From: Octopus sinensis
Lineage: Eukaryota
Assembly: GCF_006345805.1 (NCBI RefSeq)
Contig: NW_021826265.1
Location: forward strand, 1-39,687
DNA length: 39,687 bases
Reading direction: 5' to 3'
Shown here: in pieces, positions 1-10,716 of the stretch
How the letters are laid out: the number at the start of each line of letters is the position of its first letter
Numbering within the stretch: the stretch's first letter is position 1
Position numbers and translations under genes: made by a program
Notes under the pieces: generated by a model
The model's input: the letters and a program-made list of their open reading frames with translations, nothing else
Databases searched by the model: none
Told to the model about the DNA's origin: nothing

Positions 1-146
1 ATACTTCTTTATAATAAAGATCTAAATTGTTAATACATGAATGCGAACGAGATAATTCAATAACTGTAAACCTACTTTTGGCCCCCACCCTCTATACCCA
101 TTCTTCCTAGGTGATACTTATCTAGGTTATCTGCATTGGGCTGTAT

Positions 147-548
147 CAGATTTTCGCAACTGGGATCTATATGGCCCCTGCGTATCCATATAAGATTTTG
201 GGGAGTCCGCACAAAAAAAATACTAAATTGGGGATCCTCAATAGAATTTTAAGGGCTCCTGAGATTTTTTTGCATCCTGAGATGTGTGCATTGTTGTGTA
301 TCCCAAGAAATAAATAGGTTTGCTTCTCAAACATTCTTCGTAGTTCAGTCCACACAAGTTAATGTGTGCTAAACAAAATAGGAATTTTGAATGACGTTTT
401 CATCAAACTAGTTTTTAGACATCGAATGGCTATAGGTGTCCAATAGAATAAAATAGTAACCAAATGGGTCAAGAGCAGCAAGATAGTAAATTGGGGGTCT
501 ACAGAACTAATCAAAAGGGTCGGTAGATAAAAAAAAAGAGTACCCCCG
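147..548. mobile_element. Decayed hAT-like MITE
   Basis: The left end CAGATTTTCGCAACTGGG (147) and right end GAGTACCCCCG (~548) look like decayed CAG..GTTCTCAAC / GTTGAGAACCCCTG-type hAT termini. Repeated GGGGTC/GGATCC-like subterminal motifs lie inside. The flanking 8-mers GGCTGTAT and GGACATAT match at 5/8 (possible old TSD). Family assignment is by pattern recognition. Confidence 0.5.
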
Positions 549-869
549 GGACATATTATAACGGGCACTGCATTTCCAGCTCTCTTCGCGGAGTTCATTC
601 AGAGTCGAAGCTGCTTTATGCAAGTCATGCATTAAATATTTTTGCAGTACTTGTTATCGTATGTCTCCGGATACCATCTATAACATTTCACATGATAATG
701 GAAATATTTTTTATAGTTTTGGATAAAAAAAAAAAAAAAATTCTGTTGCTGAATGACAGCTAAGAGAAATTGATGAAGTTATACTTAAATTTGACATTTG
801 AATTGTTTTTTAAAGTTCCACATAGGTATATAAGTAATAAGAGTATGCTCGTGGACAAGTATGTGCGAG

Positions 870-1100
870 TGTATATATATTTTTATGTATATGTATGTAT
901 ATATATCTATATATCTATATCTATATCTATATCTATATCTATATATATATTATATATATATATATATATATAATACATGATATGTAGATATGTATATATA
1001 TATGTATACAATTATGTAATATTGTATATGTTATATATATTATTTATATATATTATATATGAATATATACATATGTATATATGTATATACATATATATAT

Positions 1101-1167
<67 letters not shown>

Positions 1168-1379
1168 AATATTCATACATACATACGTACATACCTATAA
1201 ATATGTATATATGTATATAATATATATTATATAGTACATACACAGGTACACAAACCGACACACACATATGTATACATATATACATATATATGTATATATA
1301 TATATATATATACATATATACTTATAACTACACCCAACACATATATATATGCATGCACACACATTTATATACGTATATA

Positions 1380-1424
<45 letters not shown>

Positions 1425-1450
1425 ATATATATTATATATATATATACACG
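870..1450. repeat. Compound (TA)n/(TATC)n/(CA)n microsatellite tract
   Basis: Directly visible dinucleotide runs; this is the source of the YIYI ORFs. Confidence 0.95.
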
Positions 1451-1785
1451 TACAAGTTCTATGGTCGTCTCTGTCGGTTGCGACGTCGTCGAAAAGTACA
1501 GATGCGTAGGTGACAAACGGATAAAACTCCGAACACACACGCTCACACGCATACACATACATACCTACAGACACACAAACACACACACATGCACCCACAC
1601 GCAGATATGGCACATGCATAACTCACATACACACATTGGTATGCGTGCAAGTGCGTAAGTTTATGACTAAAGAGAAGTTACGCTATTTTATTAGTAGCCG
1701 AGGCGATAGTCTTCATTACCAACATACATTTGTCACCATAAAGTTTGACTTCTATATAACCTGGAAAAATCCATTCAACAAAACT

Positions 1786-1843
<58 letters not shown>

Positions 1844-1849
1844 CTATTC

Positions 1850-2191
1850 TTTTATTGCCTTCTTCATCTGAGTGCGGTCATGCTGGAGCATCGCTTTTAG
1901 TCAAAACTAATCACCCCCCCACCCGACCACCACCAGAAATTGTGAGCCTTGGTACGTATTCTATCTGGGCTGTTTTGACGAATCGCTAAGTTACACGCAC
2001 ATAAAAATACCAACATTGGTTATCAAGGGATGGTGTGGGGGACACACACAGATACAAAATTACATACATATATATATATACATACGGCAGGTTTCTTTCT
2101 GTTTCCGTCCATCAAATCCACTCACAGGCTTTCGTTGGACGAAACTATAGTAGAAGATACTTGCCCAAGGTTTCACGCTTGTAACCACACA
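1850..2191 (-). mobile_element. Degenerate tRNA-derived SINE (family A), head truncated
   Basis: Aligns by eye to the copy at 5755-6154 (gcggtcatgctggagcatcgcttttagtc ... tttccgtccatcaaatccactcacaggcttt ... tatagtagaagatacttgcccaagg). Confidence 0.8.
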
Positions 2192-2969
2192 TACATTCTT
2201 GCTATATATATATATATATATATATAGCATATATATATAGCATGTATATATATACGTATGTGTGTATATATATGTATGTGTATATATATGCATGTATGTG
2301 TATGTCCGTGTATGCATGTTTGTATGTATATGCACGTATATATGTATGCATATGTTTACACAAGTGTATATATGTAGGAATGCGAAGAAGCACCAAATAC
2401 ACACGTATATGAAAATGTGTTTGTGCGTGTGTGACTGAGCGTGTGAGTTAGTACCTGGGGGCGTGTAAGTGTACGCACCGTATATTCAAACGCATGTGTG
2501 AATTTTGTGTGGTTTTATGAATTGTCAAAAGGAAGTGCAAGTACATTTTGAGTCATGGTTTAAGGACAGACTCTCGCAGCACAATTTTTTTCGTTTCTTT
2601 GTTTTTCCATTTATTGCCTGTTTCCTGATACCATTCTTTGTTTTGTCAGTTTTATTGTTTAAACTGTAAAATCTCTCTAATAAGCAATAAAGACACAACA
2701 CCATTTAAGAGCTACTGTGTTAAATCTGAGAAACCTGAGTATTGCTGCTCAACGCAAAAGCAAACAGAAGTGGAGACGCATGCACGCACACACACATACA
2801 CACACACACTCACACACTCACACACATAAAACACAAACACAATCATATGTTGACACGCATACACTCACGCATACACACATACATACACGCGCGCACATAC
2901 ATACATGTGATATATGGACATTATATCTGTGTATATGTACATATATCTATGCACACACACTCACGCAAA

Positions 2970-3014
<45 letters not shown>

Positions 3015-3184
3015 GTATATACATGTGTGTGTTGTTTACTCTTCCATTATTGGTAGGATCAGCAAAAACCTTACTCCATCCAGCGCTAAGTAAATATCAT
3101 TTAATGTACTGTTTAAATATGAACAACTAATACTGTTATGCTGTAGAAACAAAATGTTTTTGTATATACGACTGTCTGCTAAAA

Positions 3185-3285
3185 AGCTGAATTCCTAACC
3201 ACAAGATTCAGATATCAATCCCACTGCGTGGTACCTTTGTTTGATATGACAGACGGAAACTAAATGATGCTTCTTGTACATATGT
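3185..3285 (+). mobile_element. SINE family A head fragment
   Basis: aaccaca...atcccactgcgtggtacc...gacagacggaaactaaa is the reverse complement of motifs in 5990-6150. Confidence 0.6.
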
Positions 3286-3974
3286 ATATATGTGCGAATA
3301 ATACCGGACTTACCTGGTGCCTCAATTTAAATGCTAAATTCAACTGAATCTTAATGATATATATATAAAATCAAAGATAAACAACAGGATATCAAGAGGT
3401 GGTGCAGTATGATTGTTTCAGGCAGCTCCATTTAATTAAACAATGCGGTACATCAATTTAAATGCAGTGCTATCAACAGTTGCACAAATGAATATAATTA
3501 TTTTAACGATATGGACACATTCATATAATTTTTCTCAAATTAATGGATAATAAAATGGACGGTTTACACTTGGTTGTTTACTGGTAAAGCACGGTCACTT
3601 TCACAGTGATGTCATGTATATGGCAAATAAAAGACGGGAGATGGAATATATGAGAATGTATTATTTATCGCGACAATCTTTTCAACACATCTAGCATAGA
3701 TTCCTCATGGGTGGGACACTCAACAACTGGTTCAAGAGCATCCGGCGGTGCAGGCGTATCTCGTCGGGTGATAAATAAATGCAACTCGTTAAAATAACTG
3801 TTCCTCTATGTAACTGCCTGTTTTGTAGTAAGAAAAGCTGCGAGACGGAGGAAATATCTACATTTATATAGAAAATCAAAAATTATATCAAAGATGGCAA
3901 AAAGAGAAACGAACACGCAATCCAGATTGCCTGTGTGTGTATGTGAGAGTCATCCCACTCCGTGATAATTTGCA

Positions 3975-4130
3975 TACGTCCCCGTAATTTAGCTGTTCGG
4001 TCAAAGAGAGCAATAGAATAAGTACTAGACTTCAAAATTAAGTTCTAGGGTTCATTTGTTCGATTAAAACTCCTTAAGGCGGTGTCCCAGCATGGTCGCA
4101 GTCAATTTACTGATACAATAAAAAAAAATA
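3975..4130 (+). mobile_element. SINE 3' (tail) fragment
   Basis: gatagaataagtactag...aaggcggtgtcccagcatggtcgcagtcaa...ctgatacaataaaa matches the family A tail at 5755-5880 in reverse complement. Confidence 0.75.
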
Positions 4131-4369
4131 TAATATTACTATGCCATGTGCCTCTAAGCAATTCCTCAGGCTTGAATAGACAATGTAACTGGTGTTTTTT
4201 TAGAGTAAAAGGATTCTGACCTATGAATAAACAGGAGAGAAAAAAAAAAAAAAACAACGAGAGGAATTTGGATCTAAAAGGTAAAAAGTGAAAACGCTGA
4301 ACGAGAAAACAAACAGGAAGTAAAATATATTCAGGTGCAAACATGCATTTATGATGTTAGATTGTTGGG

Positions 4370-5400
4370 TAGACAGACTAATTTACTTTTTAATATTGTA
4401 TTCGTAATATATCCTCTTATTGAATCCACTATACGTCAATGATGTATTATAAAATGGTGCAAATTAATAATTTTTTTTTTAGATACGTTTGAGATTCTTA
4501 TTGATACTCCTTTAACTATCCCATTAATAACACTTTGGGAATGACTTGATAAGGCAAAGATATACTTAATGGTTTCATAAGGCTTATGGTAAGGATGAAA
4601 TAAGCAATTATCCAAATTTAATGTTACCTCCAAAATGTTAACACTTTTAGTGACATTTTCAAATATAATACCTAAGTCATATAACTTTAGTCTTTAGTCT
4701 TTTGCTTGTGCAGTTACTTGTCCAAAGGAGCCAGAAATAGCGAATAATGCATCGTTTCTATATAAACTTCCGCTGATATTTTGAAAATAGGAATAGGCCA
4801 ACAATATCAGTGACTTGGACAGATCCGAGCTTTCCTTTCTAACATCAAAGTCGTCTTGAAGGTCACATCGGGTCCAGGTCCTATTTCTGAAAGATATCAG
4901 TGTTTTCCTTGCAGTAAAAATAATATTTTTCTAACGGTGTAATATCAGTAAAATTCCCCGCAAAATTGATTGCTTTATCAAGCAGGTCCGGCTTAATAGA
5001 TTCATAGTAATTACTAATGTCGAATTGTATAAAGTGAGATTTCCTTTTATTATTCAATGAGCAGAACCAAGTTATGACGTCTTCCATGGACATCCAAAGT
5101 GGAAGGTCCGCATGTCTTTTAACACGGGGGATAATGCTATCACTGATAGACGTACTAAATCTGCCTAAGTCAGATTTCGTTGGGCAAATTAATCTACCAG
5201 TGGGATTGCTCTCAAAGTTAGTTTTATGATCCTTAAATGTGAAATTTGAAACTTTGGGGGCATAAGGTTCTGTCCTATCTAATAATTTTAGCTCCTTGAT
5301 GAAGTCGGAGTGTTTCTTATGAATTTTATTCAATCTGTTATCGGAAACTATTTTATATATAGAGTTCAATTCTTTCAGAACAAAGTTATTATAAGCATAT
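4370..5400 (-). pseudogene. Penelope-like element (PLE) reverse transcriptase remnant, frameshifted
   Basis: ORF 4881-5369 contains FKDHKTNFESNPTGRLICPTKSDLG and FIQFDISNYYESI. After a frameshift near 4910 my translation gives FTARKTLISFRNRTWTRCDLQDDFDVRKESS...GSLYRNDAL (catalytic YRDD decayed to YRND at 4751-4762). It continues KSVNILEVTLNLDN-FHPYHKP...SHSQSV...SIRISNV...FAPFYNTSL. These motifs are collinear with the PLE RT class bearing LKDHK/CRLINP/FDIxxFYPSI/FDVTMGS/GLYRDDG motifs. Confidence 0.9.
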
Positions 5401-5588
5401 ATTTATATGCATATTATGGATTATTGTAGTAGAATAACCAAGGAAATATATATGGATTTAAAGACTCTCATCAAAAGTAGTCATTTTAAATTTTTATTTT
5501 GAATTTCAAGCAAACACCATTTTACAATTTTACTTCAAATTTAAAAAAAAAACTATCATTCGATATATTATACAATATTCATATTTTA

Positions 5589-5680
5589 TATCTCTGAAGA
5601 GCAGAAGAGTTGTCTATAAATGCTTATCAATATTGGATTTTATTATAGGGACAGCTCTTCTTCGAAACGATCGTAAGATG
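5589..5680 (+). ncRNA. Minimal type I hammerhead ribozyme (PLE terminal-repeat type)
   Basis: Stem I is UAUCU 5589-93 / AGAUG 5676-80. The core CUGAAGA is at 5594-5600. The long stem II is GCAGAAGAGUUGUCUAUAA 5601-19 / UUAUAGGGACAGCUCUUCUUC 5643-63, followed by GAAA 5664-67. Stem III is the palindrome ACGAUCGU 5667-74, and the predicted cleavage is GUA after 5675. Confidence 0.85.
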
Positions 5681-5754
5681 CTTAAATAGTTAATTCAAAA
5701 CTTGTAAACTATCAAATTTATTTTATACATTATATTTATATATTTATATTTATT

Positions 5755-6154
5755 TATTTATACTCTTTTACTTGTTTCAGTCATTTGACTGCGGCCATGC
5801 TGGAGCACCGCCTTTAGTCGAGCAAATCGACCCCGGGACTTATTCTTTGTAAGCCCAGTACTTATTCTATCGGTCTCTTTTGCCGAACCGCTGGTGACGG
5901 GGACGTAAACACCACCAGCATCGGTTGTCAAACAATGCTAGGGGGACAAACACAGACACACAAACCACACCATATATATATATATATATACGACGGGCTT
6001 CTTTCAGTTTCCGTCTACCAAATCCACTCACAAGGCTTTGGTTGGCCCGAGGCTATAGTAGAAGACACTTGCCCAAGATGCCACGCAGTGGGACTGAACC
6101 CAGAACCATGTGGTTGATAAGCAAGCTACTTACCACACAGCCACTCCTGCGCCT
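5755..6154 (-). mobile_element. Near full-length tRNA-derived SINE (family A) with internal (CA)/(TA) microsatellite
   Basis: The minus-strand head is AGGCGCAGGAGTGGCTGTGTGGTAAG (A box) ... GGTTCTGGGTTCAGTCCCAC (B box). The tail ends GACTGAAACAAGTAAAAGAGTA. At least 8 related fragments occur in the window. It resembles described octopus tRNA-derived SINEs. Confidence 0.9.
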
Positions 6155-6364
6155 ATATATATATATTTAATACAATTATTTCTTTCAAACGGGTATATCT
6201 TTATGATGAGTTTGGATATTATTTGGTATTAACTTCCTTATATTGATAATAATAATATATTATTAAAAATATATATGTATATATATATATATGGGTGTGG
6301 TGTGTGTGTGTGTGTGTGCGTACATGCATGATATGTGTGTGTGTATGTGTAAATTCTGCGCGGA

Positions 6365-6560
6365 TGTGTGTCTTTGTGATGGTGCCTGTACAATTCAAAA
6401 GCTTGACAAACTGATCTTTTTTACGTTCCGGTAAGTTAGTGTTTCGGCAAAAGCACCGGATAGAATAAGTATTAGGCTCTAAAAAATCACTTGAAGTCCA
6501 TTTGTTCGATTAAACCACTAAAGTTAGCTCCCCTGATTTAACAAATGAAGGATAAAAGAC
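6365..6560 (+). mobile_element. Degenerate SINE tail fragment
   Basis: ttcggcaaaagcaccggatagaataagtattaggct...atttgttcgattaaa matches the family A tail. Confidence 0.65.
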
Positions 6561-8062
6561 CCTGCCTGAACATGTCTCGCAAATGTCTCTGTGACAATAG
6601 GAACCATCTGCTCACAAATCTTCAATATTCCCTATAAAAATTTCCCATTGCCCTGGCTGTCTTGGACACATCCACGCATGATTGAAGTCTTCGAGTATCT
6701 TGGAACCAAGTTTCACAGAGTAACTAAAATAACATCCAACAAAACCCCAAAGAATATTTCAACTTCAGAACATCAAATTTTGATCGCCCGAGTTATGGGA
6801 CTTGTTTCTCGTTAGGTAAATGCATTTGCAATGTAGCAGTTGCTCGGTCAGTTAATAATAATTATGTCTAGATATATTATATTAATGTCAGTTATAATCT
6901 GCGAGAAGCAACTTATTTTTGTTGATATTAGATCGAGATTTGCATATGTAGACATATACACACGCATTTATATAATTAGAGAGAGATATAGGCTTATCTA
7001 CAGATACACACATGTATACAATATATATACTCATATAGAGATACACACACACACACATATATATTATTTATGTATACATGAATATACATACACACGTACA
7101 TACGGGTGAACACACACGCATTCATATGTGTATGATACATGTCTGTGCGCCGGTGTTTGTGTGTTGGGAGTCAGATTAACTTTCACATATCTATCTACGT
7201 ATATGTATGTATACGAATCTCATGGCAGAATTTTTATACATAAACTGTGTGATCAAGATATTTATTAAGTTAGGGTATAAAAAGAAATGTGTAATCATTC
7301 TGCATGTCATTATATACAATAGTGAGAGTTAAACTCCCAGCATTAAGACATCCGACTTTGAAGCGATCTCACTCGAAGGCTGATCCCAGATAACTAAAGC
7401 ACACAAAACAAATTCTTACCCTGTAGTCTCATACTTACACAGATGGACATATATGCTCTACGTATGTGGAGAGGTGAAAAGTTGTCTTTCGGTCCTGGTA
7501 CGTTTTTGTTGAGAGTGTATTGCTCTTGTTTACGTCTCAAAAGCTAAAGAATATATTTCAATAATTTGCGAGTGACATCAGTATGATACAAATATTACAG
7601 AAATCACACATGTCATATCATAACTGCAGAATTGTGGTTTGCTCCGAGCTATTTACGTGTTATGTATGCGTAAGAGAGGCCACAACGCCATTCATATGCA
7701 CGTTTGTTATATGTGTGTGTGTTCATATGATAATGCGTGAGGGAGCGCGTGTGTGTATGTGTGTGTATACAGAGAGTGTGTGTGCGTGTGAAGAGAGAAA
7801 AGTGAGTGACTATGCAAAAAGGAGAGAGAGTGAGAGAGAGATGGAGCGCAATGGTGTAATGTATGAGAAAATAGATATGAACGCATATGTATACGTATAT
7901 GTTTGTGTATGTGTGTTTGTATACATATGTGTGTATATATATTTATATATCGACATAGAGATGTATGCGCTCACACACATACCCACACTCACACCACACA
8001 CACACAGACACACACACACATCACACACACACACACACATATATATATCTTACATATATATA

Positions 8063-8273
8063 TATGTTACAATTAAAAAGAGAAATGACCACTAAAGTGG
8101 AATCCTATACGCTAGAGATAGACGTCAATTCGCCTTACCATAAAGAGTGTGTTCTCAAGAAACAACCCAGCAAACGCTTGAGAACACACTCTTTGTGCTA
8201 AGGTGATTTGACGTCTGTCTCTAGCGTATAGGAATCCACTTTAGTGGTCATGCCTCTTATTAATTGTAATATA
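8063..8273. mobile_element. Palindromic foldback MITE (~97-bp arms, 17-nt loop), TA-flanked
   Basis: 8063-8159 is the reverse complement of 8177-8273 with about 10 mismatches; the loop is 8160-8176. Confidence 0.85.
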
Positions 8274-8367
8274 ATTTTTAAATATTCGGATTTTTTTATT
8301 ATGCTAGACCATTGGTTTAAATTGATGATACTTGATTGAAATCAATTCTACCCTATTATTTTTAATT

Positions 8368-8419
<52 letters not shown>

Positions 8420-8430
8420 GTGGTGTGTGT

Positions 8431-8465
<35 letters not shown>

Positions 8466-8482
8466 ATGCATGTAATGTTATA

Positions 8483-8561
8483 TATATATAAATATATAAA
8501 ATATTTCTTGTATATTCTTGGTATTTTTTACTGTACCTATCTCTCGTGTGTTTACATACAT

Positions 8562-8610
<49 letters not shown>

Positions 8611-8611
8611 C

Positions 8612-8644
<33 letters not shown>

Positions 8645-8715
8645 AACACACGAGAGATAGGTACAGTAAAAAATACCAAGAAATATACAAGAAATATTTT
8701 ATATATCTATATATA
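8483..8715. mobile_element. Foldback element with ~70-bp unique arms and a self-complementary (CA)n(TA)n(TG)n core
   Basis: aaaatatttcttgtata-ttcttggtattttttactgtacctatctctcgtgtgtttacatac (8498-8561) matches its reverse complement at 8637-8700 with one indel. Confidence 0.85.
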
Positions 8716-8785
8716 AAGGCGGTGCTCCAGCATGGCCGCAGTCAAATGACTGAAACAAGTAAAAGAGTAAAAGAGTAAAAGAGTA
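8716..8785 (+). mobile_element. SINE family A 3' tail
   Basis: aaggcggtgctccagcatggccgcagtcaaatgactgaaacaag(taaaagag)n. Confidence 0.85.
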
Positions 8786-8826
8786 TATATATATATACAT
8801 TACATGCATGCACACACACATACACA

Positions 8827-8833
8827 GAGATAG

Positions 8834-8921
<88 letters not shown>
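8827..8921. repeat. (GATA)n tetranucleotide microsatellite
   Basis: Directly visible. Confidence 0.95.
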
Positions 8922-8922
<1 letters not shown>

Positions 8923-8964
8923 TATTGATAGATCACAAGTTTTGAGAGGAGGATATTTGTTAAT

Positions 8965-10050
8965 ATCCGCAATCACTCTAATTTCTTTTATTGACCCTGA
9001 AAGGTTGAAATGGAAATCAACTGCGGTAGTTTTTCATTCAGAGCTTTAATTATTATGGAACACCATAATCGCAATGTTTTCAGAACACCCCTAAATATTC
9101 TGCTATTTTTTCCATGCATTCTTGCTCTGGTGATTGTTTCTAATTTACGCAGAAAACTGGATCGAACTTTGTGCTCAGCAGGAATTTTTATTTATCGACC
9201 ACGTAGGGATAAAGGCGTAATTCACCATGGCACGTTTTGAAGGGTCTTTGCTATAATAATTCTTTCTATTGGTGGCACAATGCCTGAAATTTTAAGGGAG
9301 AGTGCTAATCGCTTCAGTCGGTCCCATTGCTCAACTGGTAGTTAATTTATCGATCTCTAATTGATGAAAGTCAAAGTCGGCGTAGTGGAATTTGAGTTCG
9401 GAACGTAGAGGCGGATGAACTCATACTAAACACTTTGTCCGATGTGTTAACAGTTCTACCAGCGAGCCACCTATCGTTTTTGCTTAATACTGGTTTCAAG
9501 ATCTGGCACAAAACCAGGAAGTTTTGAGGAAGGGTTAAGTCGATTAGATCGACCCCTTTGTTAACCTGGCACTTATTTCATCGAGCCTGAAACCGAAAGA
9601 ATGAATGGCAAACTCTACTTTGACAGAAGTTGCATTCAGAAGGTAAAAGACGGAAGAAATGCTTTTATATACTTTGTCCGGCATGGTAGCTTGTTCTACC
9701 AACGAGTCGCTTGCTATAAAATTAACAAATTTCTCACATAGATCCGCATTTAAGAGTTAACTGTTGGATATCAGATGGTAAAATTATCGTTGAATTATTA
9801 ATAATCTACGTTAAATAGAGATATGTAGAAATGGCCAGACGTGAATTGATTTGTAGCTTAGGCATAATGCCACCATTTCGATGGAGAATCGACCGATTAA
9901 AACGAGACAAGTACTTGACTGGTACTTTATTTTATCAATGTCGGAAGAACGAAATACCACGTTGACCTCAGTAATATCTGAAGCCAGAACGTAGGAAGAC
10001 GTATTTCAATAACGCCAATGCTTTTACTCAGAGCTATAATGATTCTCTTT
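8965..10050 (-). mobile_element. Cluster of ~5 decayed family B tRNA-derived SINE copies, all on the minus strand
   Basis: The motif set ggcacaa..cca / gtcgatta.atcgaccc / ttatcga.c..gaaag.atgaaag.caaagtcg.c / gaatttgaa.tc.gaacgta recurs at ~8985, 9150, 9270, 9505 and 9900. Confidence 0.7.
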
Positions 10051-10314
10051 TTCTACTGACCTATATGTGTTAAAATATTGGTTGTAAGCCTCTATAACTA
10101 ATATCTATCAATATATTGGTTGTATTTAAAGTATTCATCGCCGAAGTTGCATAGCAGAGCGACGCAAACCACTATCAAGATGAACTGATCTTTACAATAA
10201 TGTTAATACGAAATATAATAATGTTTACACACATATTCTCTTTCTCACTCATTTTTTCTCTCCTTCACACATTCTCTCTCTCCTTCTCTTCCTTTCTCTC
10301 TCATACTCTGTGTA

Positions 10315-10395
<81 letters not shown>

Positions 10396-10449
10396 TTTAT
10401 ATTTATATTATTTATATATATATACACATACATATATACATAATGTGTA

Positions 10450-10665
10450 CGAAGAGGTGCTGAGAAGCTCCTGCTTTGGGTAAAAGAAAATATAAGAGGA
10501 TCAGTTATTTATGATTTTATTGAACATGTTCCCCTCTCAAATTCACAAACTCATGGCAGCGGTCCTTCAGTTTTTCTAAGCCCTGTAAATGAACTTGGAA
10601 GTTTGGGCCTCCAACCAAGTCTTTCGACTTAACCTTAAAGCCAGGAACTTTTCAGCACCCTCTCG
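10450..10665. mobile_element. Mariner-type MITE
   Basis: The left end TA|CGAAGAGGTGCTGAGAAGCTCCTG-CTTT matches the reverse complement of the right end, CGAGAGGGTGCTGAAAAGTTCCTGGCTTT. A TACGAGG-like start is typical of mariner TIRs. Confidence 0.75.
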
Positions 10666-10674
10666 TTTTCATAC

Positions 10675-10707
<33 letters not shown>

Positions 10708-10716
10708 ATATATTTA

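Noticed and set aside
1455-1530. GC-rich island resembling a small exon
   Set aside because: ctctgtcggttgcgacgtcg matches the reverse complement of the family C SINE tail (13915-13945).
2585-2700. Long + strand polypyrimidine tract ending TTGTCAG, followed by AATAAA
   Set aside because: No supporting upstream exon or coding frame; such tracts are common in this base composition.
3308-3316. Perfect minus-strand donor CAG|GTAAGT
   Set aside because: No convincing upstream acceptor or frame, and the neighbourhood (3300-3490) looks like an interspersed repeat.
7417-7426. TACCCTGTAG (miR-10 5' end); also GGTGAATGCCA at ~20761 (miR-124 3' end)
   Set aside because: Matches are only 10-11 nt with no hairpin partner; expected by chance.
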